A DNA stretch of 64,000 bases. It comes from an uncultured Sphingomonadales bacterium. GTDB taxonomy: Bacteria; Pseudomonadota; Alphaproteobacteria; Sphingomonadales; Sphingomonadaceae. The stretch is taken from positions 13,681-77,680 of the forward strand of contig CAIJLZ010000018.1 in NCBI GenBank assembly GCA_903821605.1, written 5' to 3'. The notes below the pieces were generated by a model. That model ran no database searches. It worked only from the letters and a program-made list of their open reading frames with translations, and was not told the origin of the DNA. Made by a program: the position numbers and the translations under genes. Shown here one piece after another: positions 59,997 through 64,000 of the stretch. Numbering within the stretch: position 1 is the first letter of the stretch; every line of letters starts with the position of its first letter.

Positions 59997-60263
59997 ATGG
60001 CGCGCCGGGAAAAGAGCCGATTATTGATCAGAAATTGCCGCTTCGCCTTCAAATGCGATGCTGTTTGGGAAAATTTGGAGCAGAAGCGCAACCCGAAAAT
60101 ACGATTTTGCCCGACATGCACAAAGAACGTCTATCTGTGCGAAGATGATGCCGAACTATCGAACAATATCGTGAAAAATCGGTGTGTTGCGATTTTCCGG
60201 CACGAGGCGGCAGAGATGGTATTGGGCAAGATCATGGACCCGCATGAGATGCCGGATCAATAA
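59997..60263 (+). CDS. small Cys-rich (zinc-ribbon-like) protein, function unknown
   Basis: 88 aa, with AGGAGA about 5 nt upstream of the ATG. Cys at residues 14, 20, 38, 41, 48 and 63 (CX5C-X17-CX2C-X6-C-X14-C). The codon composition is visibly AT-richer than the core. Confidence 0.6.
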   Translation: MARREKSRLLIRNCRFAFKCDAVWENLEQKRNPKIRFCPTCTKNVYLCEDDAELSNNIVKNRCVAIFRHEAAEMVLGKIMDPHEMPDQ

Positions 60264-60345
60264 AGCCGCACCACGCCATGGGCATGGGTGAGAGCGGAGC
60301 ATCGGTCTTGCAAGCTCTTGTGCGGGTGGTAGCTGGAGACCGAAA

Positions 60346-60370
60346 GCAAAAAGGCCACCCGAAGGCGGCC
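60346..60370 (-). terminator. intrinsic terminator oriented on the minus strand, with no obvious gene
   Basis: The minus-strand RNA reads GGCCGCC-UUCG-GGUGGCC-UUUUUGCUUU: a 7-bp stem with one G-U pair, a UUCG tetraloop and a U-tract. On the plus strand the same stem has an A-C mismatch and no U-tract. Confidence 0.7.
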
Positions 60371-60903
60371 TCTTGCTGAAATTACCTAGAATTGAGTTGA
60401 TCCAGAAGCAAATGTTCCATCCCAAATGCTTGACGCGCCGTGCCGAAAATCTGCTTTCGATGGAGCTAAGCCTTTTATCGTTACCCGCTGATCGCAGGAA
60501 TCGCGGCATGATTGAGTATATGCTCTCGCTGCGACCCGTCGAATGCCCAGCCGATATTGAATAACAATTGCTTTGCGCGCTGCACTTGCATTGCTTACTT
60601 GAATGCGGGCCCTCACCGCATGTGCATGACGCCCCGACGCTAGTTCCTTGACGGCGGGACGAAGCAGTGTCGCCATCGCTTACGTGAATCCGCCATTGAG
60701 TGGGTGGCTTGGACGGAAGTCGCCCGTTTCCCAAGCAGTATATCCGGCCTGTCCCTTGCCAATGACGCCCGTCCTGTTGCCTTTTATCGTGGGAAAGATC
60801 ATGGCAAGAATATAGAGTGCCTTTTAGGTAACCAGGTTAGCGTATCCACTCTGCTGTCAGCGGCGATTTGCGTCGCTCCCTTAAACTCGTTGCGGAAAAT
60901 GGC

Positions 60904-61308
60904 ATGGCAGTCACCATATTGACTTACGGGACCTTCGATCTCCTACATTATGGACATATCCGGCTTCTCAGCCGAGCACGCGCGTTGGGCGACCGGCTAA
61001 TCGTCGGTGTTTCCACCGACAGCTTCAATGCGCTCAAGGGCAAGGGTGCACAACTGTCGTTCGAGGAACGCTGCGCCTATCTGTCCACGCTCCGTTGCGT
61101 CGATGAGGTGATTCCCGAGGAGAGTTGGGAACAAAAGGCGGATGACATTCGCCGCCATGGTGTCTCGAGCTTCGTGATGGGTTCAGACTGGGCGGGCCAC
61201 TTCGACGAATTGGCCGCACTATGCCAGGTGGTTTATCTCGACCGGACCCCCGAAATCTCGTCGACCCTGTTGCGCGACGCTCTCGGCGCTCTGAAAGCGG
61301 CGACATGA
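60904..61308 (+). CDS. tagD: glycerol-3-phosphate cytidylyltransferase (TagD-like)
   Basis: MAVTILTYGTFDLLHYGHIRLLSRARALGDRLIVGVSTDSFN...VDEVIPEESWEQK...FVMGSDWAGHFD...VVYLDRTPEISST is collinear with my recollection of B. subtilis TagD, including the HxGH and RTxGISTT motifs. Confidence 0.88.
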   Translation: MAVTILTYGTFDLLHYGHIRLLSRARALGDRLIVGVSTDSFNALKGKGAQLSFEERCAYLSTLRCVDEVIPEESWEQKADDIRRHGVSSFVMGSDWAGHFDELAALCQVVYLDRTPEISSTLLRDALGALKAAT

Positions 61309-62267
61309 GCCAGGTCGGGGACAGCGATAGGAACGTCTCCACGTCGCCAAGTTTTTCCTGGTGGCAGCGGGCCGCTTTCAGTCTCCTTCGGCTGCCATTG
61401 GCGCTTCTGCTCCTCGTGCTGGGCGATCTCCAGCATCTACTGTTGCCAGTGATCGACAGGATTTTGCCATTCCGCCGGAGCGAGATCTCTGGGCGCCGGG
61501 CCGCGCGCCGCAACCGGATCAATACGGATGCGGGCTGGAACATTCTGAAGGAAGTCCAGAGAATTGCCGATGTGACTGGCGCGGAGGTCTTTGCCATCTC
61601 GGGAACGCTCCTGGGTATCCACCGTAATGGCGGTCTTTTGGCGCATGATGTCGATATTGATGTCGGCATACATCTCGACGATCCCCGGCTCGATGATTTT
61701 CTAAGGGCAATGGTATGTTCGCCGCTGACGCGCCGGGCCAAGTCGGCGCGACTTGGAGCGATCACCCGCTACCTCAACCCGCATTTGCCGCTGATGCCCG
61801 ACCATGTGATCTATCATACCTTCTACATGGAAGATCCTTCCGCATTGGGCGAGACTGTGAGCGTCGATGTTTTCTTGCATTTCCGGGCACTGGGTTTCGA
61901 TGTGCACGGTATTGGAACCCGTCTCTGGATCAATAGCCCGATCGTTACCGAGCGGGTACAGGTGAAGGACGCCGAGCTCCTGCTTCCCCGCGATCGACAT
62001 ACTTATCTTCTTGAGAATTATGGTGACTATCGTGTCGAGCGGAAGGTGTTTGAGAACGCCGTTGATTGTCCGAACGCAGTTAATCTCTACGCGCCAGGTG
62101 CGGCAGTTTGGATGATCTCAAAACTCAACCTCTATTATCGCGCTGGTTGGTTCGACCGCTATACGCGACTTCGACTGCGTCATCGCGACATGGTGCGAGG
62201 ATTGCTCCGCGGTCGTCGCGTCACACCGCAATGGCGCATTGAAGATGGCCTGAACGGTCGGGACTAG
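61305..62267 (+). CDS. LicD/fukutin-family phosphotransferase-like protein, membrane anchored
   Basis: The ATG at 61305 overlaps the tagD stop as ATGA. Has an N-terminal TM helix (FSLLRLPLALLLLVLG). LicD motifs are present: FAISGTLLGIHRNGGLLAHDVDIDVGI, VSVDVFLHF and PRDRHTYLLENYGDY. Confidence 0.8.
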   Translation: MSQVGDSDRNVSTSPSFSWWQRAAFSLLRLPLALLLLVLGDLQHLLLPVIDRILPFRRSEISGRRAARRNRINTDAGWNILKEVQRIADVTGAEVFAISGTLLGIHRNGGLLAHDVDIDVGIHLDDPRLDDFLRAMVCSPLTRRAKSARLGAITRYLNPHLPLMPDHVIYHTFYMEDPSALGETVSVDVFLHFRALGFDVHGIGTRLWINSPIVTERVQVKDAELLLPRDRHTYLLENYGDYRVERKVFENAVDCPNAVNLYAPGAAVWMISKLNLYYRAGWFDRYTRLRLRHRDMVRGLLRGRRVTPQWRIEDGLNGRD

Positions 62268-62429
62268 GCCAGAGTTGCGCGGGGCTGGGCTAATAGATTA
62301 ACGTCAATGGACATTAAGCACGTCCGCTCAACGACGCTTATTTGATGAACAGCCTAATGGCAGACATGAAGGTGAAGACGTTTTCCGAATCGGGGATCCA
62401 GATAAATTTCTAGTTTTCTCTAGGAAAAC

Positions 62430-62504
62430 TGGAGCGGGCGAAGGGATTCGAACCCTCGACCCCAACCTTGGCAAGGTTGTGCTCTACCCCTGAGCTACGC
62501 CCGC
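62430..62504 (-). tRNA. tRNA-Gly (anticodon GCC)
   Basis: The reverse complement reads GCGGGCG-TA-GCTC-AGGGGTA-GAGC-A-CAACC-TTGCCAA-GGTTG-GGGTC-GAGGG-TTCGAAT-CCCTT-CGCCCGC-T-CCA. Confidence 0.92.
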
Positions 62505-62672
62505 TCTGGCGACTGGTGGGGATCAGGTCCCCGCCGGTGGAGGGGCAACTAGCAGGGACACCCTGCTCGCGCAATACCCCAAATCGAGAAAAAATTCGGG
62601 GGCTTGGAATTGGCGCGGTTCGACCCCAAATAGGGGGCTTGAATAACCCAAGGGCAACAGGAGCAGATCGGG

Positions 62673-63584
62673 GTGGCGACATTGGGCATGAGCGCGGCGG
62701 ACCGCGAGGCGATTGAAGCGTTCAAGCGGGACATCATCGAACCGTCGATGAATGCGCTCGTCATTCTCGATTTCTGGGCGGAATGGTGCGGGCCGTGCAA
62801 GGCGTTGACGCCGGTGCTCGAAAAGATCGCCGTCGATTATGCCAATCAGGGCGTGCTGCTCGCCAAGGTCAATGTCGATGAACAGGCCGTGATCGCCGCC
62901 CAGTTCCGGGTGCAGAGCATCCCGACCGTCTATGCGGTGTTTCAGGGCCAGATCGTCGCCGATCTTACCCCGGCGCGGACCGAGGGGCAGGTCAAGCAGA
63001 TGCTCGACCAGATTCTCCGCCAATTGCCAATTGCCAGCCCGGCTGAAGCACAGGCGCAGGAAATCGCGCCGGTGATCGCGATGGCCGAAGAGGTGCTGGC
63101 ATCTGGCGATGCGGTGCAGGCCGAAACCATTTTCAGCCAGTTGATGCAGATCGCGCCGGACCATCCGGGCGTGATGGCCGGGCTGGCCCGGACAAAGCTG
63201 GCCCAAGGGCTGGTGGATGAGGCCGAGGCGGTGCTGGATGCCGCATCGGATAACGTGGCCAAGGATGCGGGGCTGCAGCAGGTGCGCGCGGCGGTGGCGC
63301 TGGCCCGCACGGCGGCCCCGGTGGGGGATTTTGCCGAGTTGGAAGCGCGGCTTGCTGCCAATCCCGATGATCATGACGCCCGTTTCGAGCTGGCCGGCGG
63401 CCTGTTGGCGGCGGGGGATCGAGATGCGGCGGCGGATGCGTTGCTCGATATCATCAAGCGCGAACGCGACTGGAACGGTAATGCGGCGCGGACCCGGCTG
63501 CTGCAACTGTTCGAGGCGGTCGGGCTGGAAGACCCGTGGGTGAGCGCCCAGCGCCGTCGCCTGTCCGCCGTGTTGTTTGGTTGA
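62673..63584 (+). CDS. thioredoxin-domain plus TPR protein (YbbN/CnoX-like)
   Basis: FWAEWCGPCK active site and a C-terminal TPR-like region. The start may be the ATG at 62688. Confidence 0.85.
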   Translation: MATLGMSAADREAIEAFKRDIIEPSMNALVILDFWAEWCGPCKALTPVLEKIAVDYANQGVLLAKVNVDEQAVIAAQFRVQSIPTVYAVFQGQIVADLTPARTEGQVKQMLDQILRQLPIASPAEAQAQEIAPVIAMAEEVLASGDAVQAETIFSQLMQIAPDHPGVMAGLARTKLAQGLVDEAEAVLDAASDNVAKDAGLQQVRAAVALARTAAPVGDFAELEARLAANPDDHDARFELAGGLLAAGDRDAAADALLDIIKRERDWNGNAARTRLLQLFEAVGLEDPWVSAQRRRLSAVLFG

Positions 63585-63586
63585 GA

Positions 63587-64000
63587 TGAGCGACATCGGA
63601 TCAGCCTTGCCGATCTTCCCGCTGGAAGGGGCCTTGCTCTTTCCCGGGGGAAGCCTGCCGCTGCATATCTTTGAACCGCGTTATCGCACGATGGTCGAGG
63701 ATGCGATGAAGGGCGATAAGCTGATCGGCATGATCCAGCCGCGCGATGGCCAGGGCGAGCTGTTCGCCGTGGGCTGTATCGGGCGGATTCTGGATTGCAC
63801 GCCGCTGGCCGATGGACGCTATAATGTCATTTTGGAGGGCATTGCCCGGTTTCGGGTGCGGCGCGAACTGGCGGTGACGACCCCTTATCGTCAGGTCGAG
63901 GCCGACTGGATCGCGCAGGATCAGCAGCCCGACCGCGAGATCAGCATCAGTTCCGTGCTGCGGAGTGCGCTGGAAACCGAATCGCGGCGCTTTGCCGACC
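63587..64000 (+). CDS. LON peptidase substrate-binding (LON N-terminal) domain protein, 3' end off window
   Basis: Absent from the ORF track because no stop lies in the window. The ATG at 63587 gives MSDIGSALPIFPLEGALLFPGGSLPLHIFEPRYRTMV..., the canonical LON N-domain opening. Confidence 0.8.

Noticed and set aside
60156-60734. 192-codon minus ORF, plus the 96-codon minus ORF 60386-60676, in the tRNA-Gly islet gap.
   Set aside because: The 192-codon frame reads straight through the intrinsic terminator hairpin and overlaps the well-supported Cys-rich gene. The 96-codon frame is strongly Arg/Ala-rich with no motif or RBS.

Overview
This is a high-GC chromosomal segment, roughly two-thirds G+C in the core by hand counts of a few lines. 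Gene content and order look alphaproteobacterial, probably Sphingomonadales. That guess rests on a class I LysRS, the bamE / ubiquinol-cytochrome c chaperone / yceD arrangement, yfgM-bamB-der, and the REP-like GCTGAACTTGTTTCAGC hairpin elements; the taxonomy is inference only.

Most of the window is ordinary housekeeping:
- moaA (partial), lysK, a DinG-family Fe-S helicase, galE, ptsP, rodZ-like, ybgF, tilS and ftsH
- a LemA-TPM-TPM triad, a NUDIX hydrolase, dnaN, gyrA and yaaA
- Lrp plus an orphan histidine kinase, a CYTH-CHAD protein, panB, yfgM-bamB-der and ilvE
- a modE-like/modABC operon with a recognisable Mo-box
- a six-gene glycogen cluster (glgP-glgB-glgC-glgA-glgX plus an alpha-glucosidase), and a thioredoxin-TPR protein followed by a LON-domain protein

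There are three tRNAs:
- a CAT-anticodon tRNA that looks like tRNA-Ile2, the TilS substrate
- tRNA-Gln(TTG)
- tRNA-Gly(GCC)

Many long ORFs in the six-frame track are antisense shadows of real genes and were rejected.

The non-core material sits in two small, lower-GC islets, each abutting the 3' end of a tRNA gene:
- **tRNA-Gln islet, about 41.94-44.98 kb.** It starts with a very AT-rich tract of about 240 bp. It then carries a membrane-anchored hypothetical protein, three small minus-strand genes (an HTH protein, a lipoprotein and a Cys/His zinc ribbon), a tandem winged-helix protein and a secreted SNase-like nuclease. No integrase is present.
- **tRNA-Gly islet, about 59.99-62.43 kb.** It carries a Cys-rich small protein, about 0.6 kb of apparently non-coding DNA that ends in an orphan minus-strand intrinsic terminator, and a translationally coupled TagD-like cytidylyltransferase and LicD/fukutin-like transferase pair.

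I could not recognise a complete, obviously novel multi-gene system. These two islets, the REP/MITE-like elements, and the mod operon that lacks molybdate-sensing domains are the best leads. All calls come from reading the sequence and the supplied translations; no searches were run.
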